Source: a plasmid. From it: 64,000 nucleotides of DNA. Shown here piece after piece: positions 20,553-31,302 of the stretch (position 1 is its first letter; each line of letters begins with the position of its first letter). The notes below the pieces were generated by a model. The model searched no databases, had not been told where the DNA came from, and worked only from the letters and a program-made list of their open reading frames with translations. The stretch lies in the sequence record NZ_CP106961.1. One strand, written 5' to 3'. Made by a program: the position numbers and the translations under genes.

Positions 20553-21452
20553 ATGGCCAGACGCAATCTTAACGACTTACTCTCTTTCGTCACCGTGGCG
20601 CGTGAGGGCAGCTTTACGCGCGCTGCCGCCCAGCTCGGCGTGACCCAGCCCGCACTGAGCCAGGCGATTTCCGGGCTGGAAGAACGGATGCAAATCCGCC
20701 TGCTGACAAGGACCACGCGCAGTGTGTCAGTGACGGCTGCCGGGGAGCGCCTGCTGCAGTCTGTGGGACATCGTATTGATGAGATTGAAACCGAGCTGGA
20801 CATGCTGACGGCACTGCGTGATAAACCTGCCGGGACCGTCCGTATTACATGTGGACCTAATGTTCTGAAGACCACACTGCTGCCAAAGCTGACACCACTG
20901 TTACGCGAATATCCTGATATTCATATTGAGTTTGATGCCAACCACGGCTTCCGGGATATCGTTGCGGATCGTTTTGATGCCGGCGTGCGGCTCGGAGACA
21001 CTATCGACAAAGATATGATAGCCGTACCCATTGGCCCGAAACTGCGCATGGCGGCTGTAGCTTCCCCTGAGTATTTCGCCCGGTGCGCCGCCCCTCAGAC
21101 GCCACGCGATCTGATGCAACACTGCTGTATTAATGAGCGCATGGTTCAATCGGGGAAAATTTACGCCTGGGAGTTTGAGCAGGAAAACGGTAAATTTCAC
21201 GTTCGGGTTGAAGGGCAACTGACGTTTAACACATCGGAACACGTCGTTGACGCAGCTCTTGCCGGACTGGGCATTGCCTTTTTACCTGAAGAGGAGTTCG
21301 GCACACATCTGCAGGAAGGAAAACTGATCCGCGTGCTTGAAGAATGGTGCCGTCCTTTTCCCGGCTACTATCTTTATTATCCCAGCCGTAAACAGCCTTC
21401 CCCAGCGTTTTCACTCGTTGTGGATGCGTTGCGTATTAACCGGAAAATTTAA
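20553..21452 (+). CDS. LysR-family transcriptional regulator
   Basis: N-terminal LysR HTH (…SFTRAAAQLGVTQPALSQAISGLE) and a LysR substrate-binding domain. Confidence 0.85.
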   Translation: MARRNLNDLLSFVTVAREGSFTRAAAQLGVTQPALSQAISGLEERMQIRLLTRTTRSVSVTAAGERLLQSVGHRIDEIETELDMLTALRDKPAGTVRITCGPNVLKTTLLPKLTPLLREYPDIHIEFDANHGFRDIVADRFDAGVRLGDTIDKDMIAVPIGPKLRMAAVASPEYFARCAAPQTPRDLMQHCCINERMVQSGKIYAWEFEQENGKFHVRVEGQLTFNTSEHVVDAALAGLGIAFLPEEEFGTHLQEGKLIRVLEEWCRPFPGYYLYYPSRKQPSPAFSLVVDALRINRKI

Positions 21453-21477
21453 CGCTGAATTATCGGGCCAATATTTC

Positions 21478-21503
21478 AAGAACGGACGTGAACGTCCGCT
21501 TTT
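21478..21503 (+). terminator. Rho-independent terminator after the lysR-family gene
   Basis: cggacgtgaacgtccg followed by cttttgg. Confidence 0.5.
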
Positions 21504-21569
21504 GGCACTAAGCGGACTGTGATCACACTTCTGACGTCTCGTTTTCTGACTTCCTTCGTGGCTTGCCCT

Positions 21570-21602
21570 AAGCATGTTGTAGTGCGATACTTGTAATGAC
21601 AT
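21570..21602 (+). promoter_or_regulatory. relBE operator/promoter (relO palindrome cttgtaatgacatttgtatttacaag)
   Basis: Inverted repeat read from the sequence directly upstream of relB. It matches the known relO architecture. Confidence 0.7.
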
Positions 21603-21626
21603 TTGTATTTACAAGAGGTGTGAGAC

Positions 21627-21866
21627 ATGGGTAGCATCAACCTGCGTATTGACGATGAACTTAAAGCGCGTTCTTACGCTGCGCTTGAAAAAATGGGTGT
21701 AACTCCCTCTGAGGCACTTCGCCTCATGCTTGAATATATTGCTGACAATGAACGTTTGCCGTTCAAACAGACACTCCTGAGTGATGAGGATGCTGAGCTC
21801 GTGGAGATCGTGAAAGAACGACTTCGCAATCCTAAGCCAGTACGTGTGACGCTGGATGAGCTCTGA
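21627..21866 (+). CDS. relB: RelB antitoxin
   Basis: The 79-aa ORF is nearly identical to E. coli K-12 RelB (MGSINLRIDDELKARSYA…). Confidence 0.9.
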   Translation: MGSINLRIDDELKARSYAALEKMGVTPSEALRLMLEYIADNERLPFKQTLLSDEDAELVEIVKERLRNPKPVRVTLDEL

Positions 21867-22153
21867 TGGCATATTTTCTGGATTTTGACGAGCGTGCACT
21901 AAAGGAATGGCGAAAGCTGGGCTCGACGGTACGTGAACAGCTAAAAAATAAGTTGGCTGAAGTGCTTGAGTCACCCCGAATTGATGCGAACAAGCTTCGG
22001 GGTATGCATGACTGTTACAAAATTAAGCTCCGGTCTTCAGGCTATCGTCTTGTATATCAGGTCATAGACGAGAAGGTTGTCGTCTTTGTGATTTCTGTCG
22101 GGAAAAGAGAGCGCTCGGAAGTTTATAGCGAGGCGGTCAAACGCATTCTCTGA
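21866..22153 (+). CDS. relE: RelE mRNA interferase toxin
   Basis: The 95-aa ORF is nearly identical to E. coli RelE (MAYFLDFDERALKEWRKLG…). Confidence 0.9.
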   Translation: MAYFLDFDERALKEWRKLGSTVREQLKNKLAEVLESPRIDANKLRGMHDCYKIKLRSSGYRLVYQVIDEKVVVFVISVGKRERSEVYSEAVKRIL

Positions 22154-22209
22154 AATAAAGCAGGACATCTCTGTTTCGCAGTAAAGGTGCCATTTCTGCT
22201 TTGCGTTGA

Positions 22210-22476
22210 CAGGGAGGTAAGGCCATTGTTAACGCCAAGCTGTAATGTCCCCTTTGAATCATTCTAAAATGTCCCCAGACAATTATCTGGGGGGACATGG
22301 TAAAAGAAACAATTACGATGAGACATAAGGAACTTGACAGACTTCAGATTATTCAGGACTCAATCAATTGCCATATAATCAGGAACAAGCGGCGGTGCGA
22401 ATTGGTATTTCCATCCGGCAAGTTAAACGTCTGGTGCATCGATATCGAAATAAAGGTTCTGTTGGCCTTATCAATG
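22210..22476 (+). mobile_element. Truncated, frameshifted left end of a second, diverged IS481-family element
   Basis: It is about 80% identical to the 7672-7940 terminus and to the tnp N-terminus (MVKETITMRHKELDRLQIIQ…, then a frameshift). It is cut off at 22476 by IS911. Confidence 0.6.
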
Positions 22477-22486
22477 AGTGTTGTGG

Positions 22487-23691
<1,205 letters not shown>

Positions 23692-23726
23692 CTCTGTTCA
23701 GGTGGCCAAATTCAGTAAACCACTTC

Positions 23727-24602
23727 AGACTGAGGTACGCCTTTATCCGTGACAACTCCTGTTGCTGGCCTGTTCGCCTGCTCTGTCGGGTGCTGGATGT
23801 TCATCCCAGTGGTTTTTACGCCTGGCTTCAGCAGCCGCATTCACAACGCCATCAGGCAGACCTGAGACTGACAGGACAGATTAAACAGTTCTGGCTGGAA
23901 TCGGGATGCGTCTATGGTTATCGCAAAATCCATCTGGATCTGCGTGACAGCGGGCAACAGTGCGGAGTGAACAGAGTCTGGCGACTGATGAAACGTGTCG
24001 GGATAAAGGCTCAGGTCGGATACCGGAGCCCGCGGGCACGTAAAGGCGAGGCCAGTATCGTGTCGCCCAACAGGCTCCAGCGACAGTTCAATCCGGATGC
24101 TCCGGATAAGCGTTGGGTAACGGACATAACCTACATCAGGACCCACGAAGGCTGGCTGTATCTTGCCGTGGTTGTTGATCTGTTCTCACGCAAAATTATC
24201 GGCTGGTCCATGCAATCCCGGATGACAAAGGACATTGTCCTGAACGCACTGCTGATGGCTGTATGGCGCCGTAATCCCCAAAAACAGGTGCTGGTTCATT
24301 CGGATCAGGGCAGTCAGTACACAAGCCATGAGTGGCAGTCGTTCCTGAAATCACACGGCCTGGAGGGCAGCATGAGCCGTCACGGTAACTGCCATGATAA
24401 TGCGGTTGCAGAAAGCTTTTTCCAGTTGTTGAAACGCGAACGGATAAAGAAAAAGAGCTACGGAACGCGGGAAGAAGCCCGCAGTGATATTTTTGATTAC
24501 ATCGAAATGTTTTATAACAGTAAGCGTCGGCATGGTTCCAGCGATCAGATGTCACCGACAGAATATGAAAACCAGTATTATCAACGGCTAGGAAGTGTCT
24601 AG
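23727..24602 (+). pseudogene. IS3-family orfB remnant. Its orfA and left IR are missing; it is interrupted by IS911.
   Basis: The DDE integrase core (…WVTDITYIRTHEGWLYLAVVVDLFSRKIIGWSM…HSDQGSQYTS…HGNCHDNAVAESFF) begins immediately after the IS911 end. Confidence 0.75.
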
Positions 24603-24786
24603 ATTATCCGTGGCGATTCATGCCGCCAAGAAAGAGGCAGCGTTACAGAAAGAGGAAGAGAAAAACAAGGGACTGGAGCAGTTGGCTGATCAGTTCGCGT
24701 TGGAAAAGCAGCCGTTTATTGACGCTCTGGCGATTGCAGGAAAATCACCAGAGCAGCAGAGAAAATGTTTATGGACTACGTGACAG

Positions 24787-25206
24787 TCAAAGGAACCACT
24801 CTGGTTTGACACCAAAACGAGCAGACAGCGCCTTAATGTGCATGATTGTCAGTGACCGCTGACCAGAGAGAATCTGGCTAACCAGCGATTTAGAGCCGAT
24901 CTCCTCCTTAAGGTCAGAATAAGACAGCCTGTACTGGTCAATCAGGGTGCGCAGAAGGGCAACGCCGACTGGCATTTCAGCGATAGCCTTGTTGAATTCA
25001 GCGAAACGAGGGCTGTTATCCTCATAGTCAGCAATTTTACTCGCCAGGAAGTCAATAAGCGGGTTCTCGTCGTCGTTTTCGATCAGATAGTCCACCAACT
25101 CTATCGCTTCGCGGTAATCGCTCTCGGACGAACTGCCCCCCAGGAAGGGAACAGCAGCTACGAGTTGTTTGGTTGCTTCAATGGCTTTTGCAGTGTCGGT
25201 AATCAT
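24787..25206 (-). CDS. higA: HigA antitoxin (Xre-family HTH)
   Basis: The 139-aa ORF is similar to E. coli HigA (…GSKSLVSQILSGQRSLTIMHIKALSARFG). Confidence 0.85.
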   Translation of the reverse strand: MITDTAKAIEATKQLVAAVPFLGGSSSESDYREAIELVDYLIENDDENPLIDFLASKIADYEDNSPRFAEFNKAIAEMPVGVALLRTLIDQYRLSYSDLKEEIGSKSLVSQILSGQRSLTIMHIKALSARFGVKPEWFL

Positions 25207-25514
25207 TCTTTGTTCTCCCTGTAATAGCGGGTCAACTTGTCGTAATCAGCGTGGGTGGCGATGTGCTTCACATAGAAGCGTTTATTCACGAAATTGATAT
25301 AGGCGATAACCCTCAAGTTGTTGCCCCCTACATCCAACACCCACCACTTATTACGATACTTAAAATTGTCCAGGCTCGGTATCAGCGTTCGCATCTCAGC
25401 TGGAGAAGAAAAGTCCGTCTCGCGGACTAAGCGGTACAGCGCCCGAACGGCTAACGAATCGTTGGGATATTGCTTTGCCGCTTCCTCAAAAGGCTCTTTT
25501 GAAATTACGTGCAT
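25203..25514 (-). CDS. higB: HigB toxin (RelE/ParE superfamily)
   Basis: The 104-aa ORF from MHVISKEP resembles E. coli HigB (…PSLDNFKY…). It overlaps higA by 4 bp. Confidence 0.85.
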   Translation of the reverse strand: MHVISKEPFEEAAKQYPNDSLAVRALYRLVRETDFSSPAEMRTLIPSLDNFKYRNKWWVLDVGGNNLRVIAYINFVNKRFYVKHIATHADYDKLTRYYRENKE

Positions 25515-25519
25515 CTTGC

Positions 25520-25590
25520 GGTCGTTCCATCCGTTTACATTATGTGAACATGATAGCACCGCCCATACCCGTTTACAATATGTGAACAAT
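25520..25590 (-). promoter_or_regulatory. higBA promoter with two imperfect palindromic operator repeats (cgtttacaTtatgtgaaca / cgtttacaAtatgtgaaca)
   Basis: Direct and inverted repeats read from the sequence immediately upstream of higB. Confidence 0.55.
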
Positions 25591-26562
25591 GGCGCTTTCC
25601 CCTACATAGCGGCTATGTCTTTTCCTGAGCGCAGAGAGCTGATTTACAGCGCCGGAAGTCTCGTCTTCATGCGGACCTCGACCGTTAGCAATGGATGACT
25701 GATAAGGAATCACTGTGATAAAGGCAAAACCTGTACCACTCAAATACCGTCCTATCATATGTGAGCTCAAAGATTAAGGTGTTAAGGATGAAATCCTTTC
25801 AATCCGAACGGGTGGGTCACTTGAGAAAATTAAGCTAATTAAGGATAAAGGTAAGCGCCATGGAAAATCCAGTAGCGGTCCATGTTGGCCAATTGTGGGA
25901 GGAAATAGATCCGGATTTTATTAACGAGATTCGCATTCCTGGTATTACCATCGATGGATGAGCCTAAAGTCATACCGTTCGAAAATACATAAGCTGGGCG
26001 TCAGCATCCCGTCTTAATGGTAAACATGATGTGTTATAGACCAGATTCTTATCTGCTATAGCGCAAAGCGAATTTTGTATTTAAACATGGCCGAACTATA
26101 ACTTCACTGGGCTGTATATCCGCAACATATTTGTAGTATAAGTCACCACTTAGTTCACATACCATTAAGTCGAATCAACAAACAGATGGCGCGCCCCATA
26201 ATATCTGCCTAACCTATATAGCACAGAGAAATGCAACCTCCTGTTCCAAAAAACAGGATGGATTAAAGCTTAATTTTAAAAGGTTTTTATTGCATGTATT
26301 GTTATGCATCGAATCCAATGCAAATAACGGCCATCCGTCATAATATAGTAATTTCATTTAAGCATAACATTGTGAGGGAAATTTAATAGTTAAATGAATG
26401 CTAAAAAAATAACCGAAAATCTTGAGGCCTTCAAACAACCAATAACCTTTATCATAAATAGGAAATATTAAACTCATAAAAAGACAGTATCAAAAAAGGC
26501 CAGATTACGGCCACTTTTAATGGGTTGAATATTGCGTACACTTTCATTAAATCTGACTTAGA

Positions 26563-26961
26563 TCAGAAATCATCCAGAGTTTTACCTGCTGAAAGTTGCT
26601 CAGTTAGATCTTTAGGAGTGCGTCCCTGACCCGTCCATGTTTTGGTCTCACCATTTTCATCAGTAAATGTATATTTGGTAGGGCGAGGCTCACGGAATTT
26701 CTTCGGTGAGGAAGATTTTGAAGAGAATGCGCCCATTAGCTCTTCAGGGTTAATACCATCTTCTTCCATTAATTTACGCAGGGCTTCAAATTTTTCCTGA
26801 CGAGCTTGCAGGGAAGCTGCTTTGGATGATTCTTCCTCACGACGTTCAGAGACAACTACTTCTAACTTTTCAAGGATTTCTTCGAGAATTTCTAAAGGAA
26901 GCTCACGGCCCTGAGCGCGAAGAGTACGGATATTGTTTAATGATTTGAGCACTTCAGACAT
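26563..26961 (-). CDS. hns: Plasmid-encoded H-NS-family nucleoid protein
   Basis: The 132-aa ORF (MSEVLKSLNNIRTLRAQGRE…YTFTDENGETKTWTGQGRTP) resembles H-NS/StpA. It is flanked by AT-rich DNA. Confidence 0.85.
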   Translation of the reverse strand: MSEVLKSLNNIRTLRAQGRELPLEILEEILEKLEVVVSERREEESSKAASLQARQEKFEALRKLMEEDGINPEELMGAFSSKSSSPKKFREPRPTKYTFTDENGETKTWTGQGRTPKDLTEQLSAGKTLDDF

Positions 26962-27516
26962 GTGAACTCACTTAAAAATAAACTTAGAATTAACGCCAGA
27001 TAATAACACATATTTTTGGCGGTAATACGCTACCCTTTAAGAAAAAACTCACATTCACCAATAAGTTGAAACAATATCAGTACTGAGATATGGACATTTT
27101 TAATCAACTAAACCTAGCAATGCAGGGATTCTGTCAGGTGATGAAATCCCGAATTATAGGCATTTCACACTGTAAAACCCGGGAGGGGAGTGGGATAAGG
27201 CGTCTTGTGTATCAGCAAGCATCTTGTACATCCCCTCCTTTAGGCCTTGTAAATGCAAGGCAGTAAAAATCTGCCCCCCTTAAGAGAAAAAACATAATCT
27301 GAAGCCTCAGAAGATCAGGTTTAAATTAACTTTTCTGAACCCCCTGTCCTGTAACACTTTTAGTCAATTAGTCAGATCAGCTGATTATGAACAATGCTAA
27401 TGCATGTAACACTTTTTTACCAGAAGTGGTCTTCACTTAACAAAATCCTGTACTCAGTCTACTGCTTATGTGCAACTTCTTCGATAAAAGTCGCACATGG
27501 TAATGCTGCCTTATGT

Positions 27517-27720
27517 TTAACTTTTCATGAATAAGTTAAACATGGAGTGAACTCTGATGTTCAACTTTTTTATAAAAAGTTAAACATGGAGTGAAATCTT
27601 ATGTTCATCTTTTTTATAAAAAGTTAAACATGGAGTGGATTCTTATGTTCAACTTTTTTATAAAAAGTTAAACATGGAAAAATCGACCGTGTTCAACTTT
27701 TTGAGTAAAAGTGTTACAAG
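27517..27720. repeat. Orphan array of 4-5 tandem ~44-bp repeats (tgttcaacttttttataaaaagttaaacatggagtgaaatctta), each containing a 13-bp inverted repeat
   Basis: Period and palindrome read from the sequence. No rep or par gene is adjacent. Confidence 0.7.
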
Positions 27721-28850
27721 TATTAATCAAACTTTCACGGATATACAGGGTACGTAAAAAGTAACTTTTTTTCATGCCATTATTCGTCCATTCCACATTC
27801 TCAATCCCTATCACTGCCTATCAAGCATCGGCGCTGCGCTTAAACACCTTAAAACTATTTTGTGCATTCTGGCAAAACACGTATGGGTGTTGTCTAAAAT
27901 CTTCCCCTGTCTGGTATAGTGGATTAAATCCTTTGTGTAGACTATTCGGATACAGGAGGAGAACATGAGAAACTTGTAAATCAGGCGCTACGAAGCACAT
28001 CAGGATGAGAAATTCAGAAGCCTTGGTAACATAGCCGCTGAAGGTAGAGAGATCTGCAATTACCGGGCGCTCTGAAAGGCGTATAACCTGAAAGGCGTAT
28101 AACAAGTCTGTAATTTCAGCTACAGATGTGCTAAAATAAGATGCAGAAAAACTGGGCAGTAGATTGTAATCCACAAGCATCCACCATCTGGGATGATAAA
28201 TGGATTTCGAAATAGCCAACATCGCTGGCGTCACTGTCATTTTCCTGCCGACAGCTAATATTCTTTGTATTCTGACCTTGATATCCAACAATTAGACGGT
28301 TGCAAAAAAGTCAAATACCTAGTACGTTACTGAAGGGAGATAGTGTCATTCTGCTACGTGACCTGACATTACCCATAAAAGCAGGCAAACCACTCATGTT
28401 TTTCATGTGCTATTTATGCCCACGGCATTTATTTATTAGAAAAAAGAAACTACGCTGGGACGCTTAAAGGTGATATTAACGACTCAATATGGGCTAAATT
28501 TCCGGATAAACGGCGGCTTAAGTTACAGGATACGTTTAAACGGAATATCGCCCATATAGAAGCTATCAGAATAGCAGCAAGTGAAAAGGATCTGCCTTCT
28601 ATCCACGTAGTGTTTATCAACGTAAAATCACGAGTTGATAGTGAAACTGATACACCGAACCGATACTATGGTCTTCAGTACGACACAACGGGAGAATTTT
28701 CACCGTCAATTATCGGTATCGACCTGAATACAAGGGAGCATATTCTACTCTCTGGTGCGACGGCAAAGTCTGACCGAGTAATGAACCTTTAAACCCGCAT
28801 CCAATAAACGCCAAAGCCACCGTGAGTTAACTCGCCTCTTAAGCCGCCTG

Positions 28851-28880
28851 TTTTTGTTTTTATTTTTATTTTTATTTTTC
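28851..28880 (+). repeat. Simple sequence repeat (TTTTTA)x3-4 immediately upstream of a start codon
   Basis: The tract gtttttgtttttatttttatttttatttttctc was read directly. Confidence 0.7.
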
Positions 28881-28886
28881 TCTAGA

Positions 28887-29306
28887 ATGGAAATGAAAAA
28901 AACGTTAGCGCTGTCCTTCATCGTTTTCTCTTTTTCTGTGATTGCTGGCCAACAAGCATCCCGTAGCACCTGGAATCTGCAGCACTATAATAACTCCGCC
29001 GCAGCCTATATCCGAACGCGATTCATTACAACCTGTGAGCTGGCGATAAAAGGTGAAATCAACGCCAAAGAACCGAGTGAACAATCAACCAAAGGAGTAT
29101 TAGCGCAAGCCACACAGGGCATGGAGAAAGGAACCCCTGCATATTCAATTATTCATGACACCATTATCCTCGGTACGGATGCAGGCATGATGATTCATGA
29201 AAAAGGTAAAGTTGTCGCTAAAGACAAAACCGAACCTCATTCCTGCACTGAGTTCGTCAGTTATACAGAAATAAGAGCGTCATTTCTTAGTTTACCGCAG
29301 CCTTAA
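28887..29306 (+). CDS. Small secreted protein of unknown function (signal peptide MEMKKTLALSFIVFSFSVIAG)
   Basis: ORF with an N-terminal signal peptide. The start is set at the first ATG after the SSR (the supplied ORF track begins earlier, inside the repeat). Confidence 0.4.
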   Translation: MEMKKTLALSFIVFSFSVIAGQQASRSTWNLQHYNNSAAAYIRTRFITTCELAIKGEINAKEPSEQSTKGVLAQATQGMEKGTPAYSIIHDTIILGTDAGMMIHEKGKVVAKDKTEPHSCTEFVSYTEIRASFLSLPQP

Positions 29307-29479
29307 ATGGTCCGAAGCAATCCGTTAAGGCTAACGCCGGTAGTGATGACTCTGATGGTAGTGTTTAAAGAACTACGGCTAAAGCTTTAACCGCATTCTA
29401 CGATGAAAACGAAGTTGCAGCGGATGACAAGATTGGTGGCCGAAAGGTTGAGGTCAAGGGCGTGGTGCAGAGTATTGAT

Positions 29480-30168
29480 AAAGATTTTACCGGTATCCTG
29501 CCATACGCATTACCGGGAGTGCCGCACAGGGAAAATCGTCGGGTACCGCAATGGCGGCAATGGACAAGCTGGCTAAGCACTTACCACCGGGGTTCGCCGG
29601 TGAGTGGGCGGGAAGTTCGTTACAGGAAAGGGAGTCCGCATCACAGCTTCCGGGTCTTATTGTGCTCTCGGTACTGGTGGTATTCATGGTGCTGGCTGCG
29701 CTTTACGAAAGCTGGTCCGTTCCCTTCGCGGTCATACTCGTTGTTCCTCTGGGGCTGCTTGGCGCTGTGCTCGCCGTATCCGTTACGAATATGACGAATG
29801 ACGTCTTTTTCAAAGTGGGCCTGATAACCCTGATTGGACTTTCCGCCAAGAATGCGATTTTGATTATCGAGTTCGCGAGACAATTGATGAATGAAGGAAA
29901 GAGCCTTATTGATGCGACATTGATGGCAGCAAAGCAGCGCTTGCGGCCAATACTCATGACTTCTCTGGCTTTCACATTAGGTGTTGTTCCGCTGATGCTC
30001 GCCAGTGGAGCCAGCGACAGCACGCAGCATGCGATTGGCACCGGTGTATTCGGCGGGATGATTAGCGGAACGCTACTGGCCATTTTCTTTGTTCCGGTAT
30101 TTTTCGTGGCGATCACCCGATTTACTGGCATGCGAAAAGGCAGACCTGGGAATAGCCGGAACGGCTAA
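29480..30168 (+). pseudogene. 3' fragment of an AcrB-like RND efflux pump gene (C-terminal ~200 aa only)
   Basis: …[27 protein letters not shown]…[13 protein letters not shown]…[12 protein letters not shown]…[10 protein letters not shown] matches TM8-12 of AcrB-family pumps. The upstream sequence is a different frame and protein. Confidence 0.75.
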
Positions 30169-30243
30169 TCTCTGCCCTGTGTCCCGGCCAGTTTAAAGCA
30201 GGTTTCTTGCTGAACTGGCTGGCATAACATTATCAAGGACATT

Positions 30244-30732
30244 ATGAACATCATTGTCACTCAAAGGTTAATCATTCGCCCTTTTAAGGCAGAGGATGCG
30301 GCAGCACTTTTCGATTACCTCTCTTCACCACGTGCTCCTTGCTTTAATGATGAAAAGTTACATTCGCTAGCCGAGGCGGAGAGCGACGTGGCTAAACGAG
30401 CCACGGACCCAGCGCAGTTTGCCGTTTGTCTAAAAGAAACTGATACGTTAATCGGACATTTTTTTGCGGACAATAGCGACGAGCCAGACAGCAATACATG
30501 GTCAGTGGGCTGGCATTTTAATCAACGTTATGAACGTCAGGGATATGCGAGCGAGTCAGTTGCTGCACTATTTGATTATTTATTTAAAGTAAAAGATGCC
30601 AGGCGTTTGTATGCCTGGGTAGAAGTTTACAATCTGGCCTCTCAAAAACTCTGTGAACGTTTGCATATGCGGCATGAAGGTTGTTTTAAAGAGTTTGTCG
30701 CCTTTGAAAACGAGGATGGTAAGGCAAGATAG
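30244..30732 (+). CDS. GNAT-family N-acetyltransferase. Its stop codon (TAG) sits exactly at the transposon IR junction, so the native 3' end is possibly altered.
   Basis: 162-aa ORF with a GNAT fold motif (…QRYERQGYASESVAALFDYLF). Confidence 0.75.
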   Translation: MNIIVTQRLIIRPFKAEDAAALFDYLSSPRAPCFNDEKLHSLAEAESDVAKRATDPAQFAVCLKETDTLIGHFFADNSDEPDSNTWSVGWHFNQRYERQGYASESVAALFDYLFKVKDARRLYAWVEVYNLASQKLCERLHMRHEGCFKEFVAFENEDGKAR

Positions 30733-30776
30733 GGGTCGCCTCAGAAAACGGAAAATAAAGCACGCTAAGCCCTTAC

Positions 30777-31217
30777 TTACCCAGATGTTTGACTGTTCGT
30801 GGCACTTTCACCATGGCAATTGCAATTGCCCAACCCTTGCAAAATGCCGCACGCCTCTACAGATCGAGAGCCAGAACACTTCTCGCGCAAATCAACCAAG
30901 TGCCGTTTTAACTGCAACAGCGCGGACACACGCATTTCCACCTGTTGAATATGGGCCTCCAGCAGCGTGTTGACCTCCCCACAGTCCTGCATCGGGTTGT
31001 CTCGCAGACCCAGCAATGCGCGAATCTCGCTCAACGTCATGTCGAGCGAACGGCAATGACGGATGAATTGCAAGCGCTCAATGTGCGCCTCACCGTACAG
31101 CCGGAAGTTGCCACCGCTTCGCGCTGGCTTCGGCAGTAGCCCTTCCTTCTCGTAGTAGCGGATGGTCACGACCTCGCACCCAGAGCGCTTGGCGAGGTCG
31201 CCAATTCTGATTTCCAT
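30777..31217 (-). CDS. cadR: MerR-family metal-responsive regulator (CadR/PbrR-like)
   Basis: 146-aa ORF with an N-terminal MerR HTH (MEIRIGDLAKRSGCEVVTIRYYEKEGLL) and a C-terminal Cys-rich metal site. It is transcribed divergently from the ATPase. Confidence 0.75.
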   Translation of the reverse strand: MEIRIGDLAKRSGCEVVTIRYYEKEGLLPKPARSGGNFRLYGEAHIERLQFIRHCRSLDMTLSEIRALLGLRDNPMQDCGEVNTLLEAHIQQVEMRVSALLQLKRHLVDLREKCSGSRSVEACGILQGLGNCNCHGESATNSQTSG

Positions 31218-31302
31218 GCATCAATCTCCAATTATCACTTGACTCTATAGTGACTATAGAGATTTTAATGGAGGCTGAATAGAAGATTTTCAGGAGTTAC
31301 TC

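Noticed and set aside
25790-25985. 33-codon ORF MENPVAVHVGQLWEEIDPDFINEIRIPGITIDG between higB and hns
   Set aside because: It is too short, there is no convincing RBS, and it is probably a remnant, so it is not reported as a feature.
27821-28291. 156-aa minus-strand ORF overlapping the region after the 44-bp repeats
   Set aside because: It is a low-complexity, AT-rich translation with no RBS, most likely a chance ORF.
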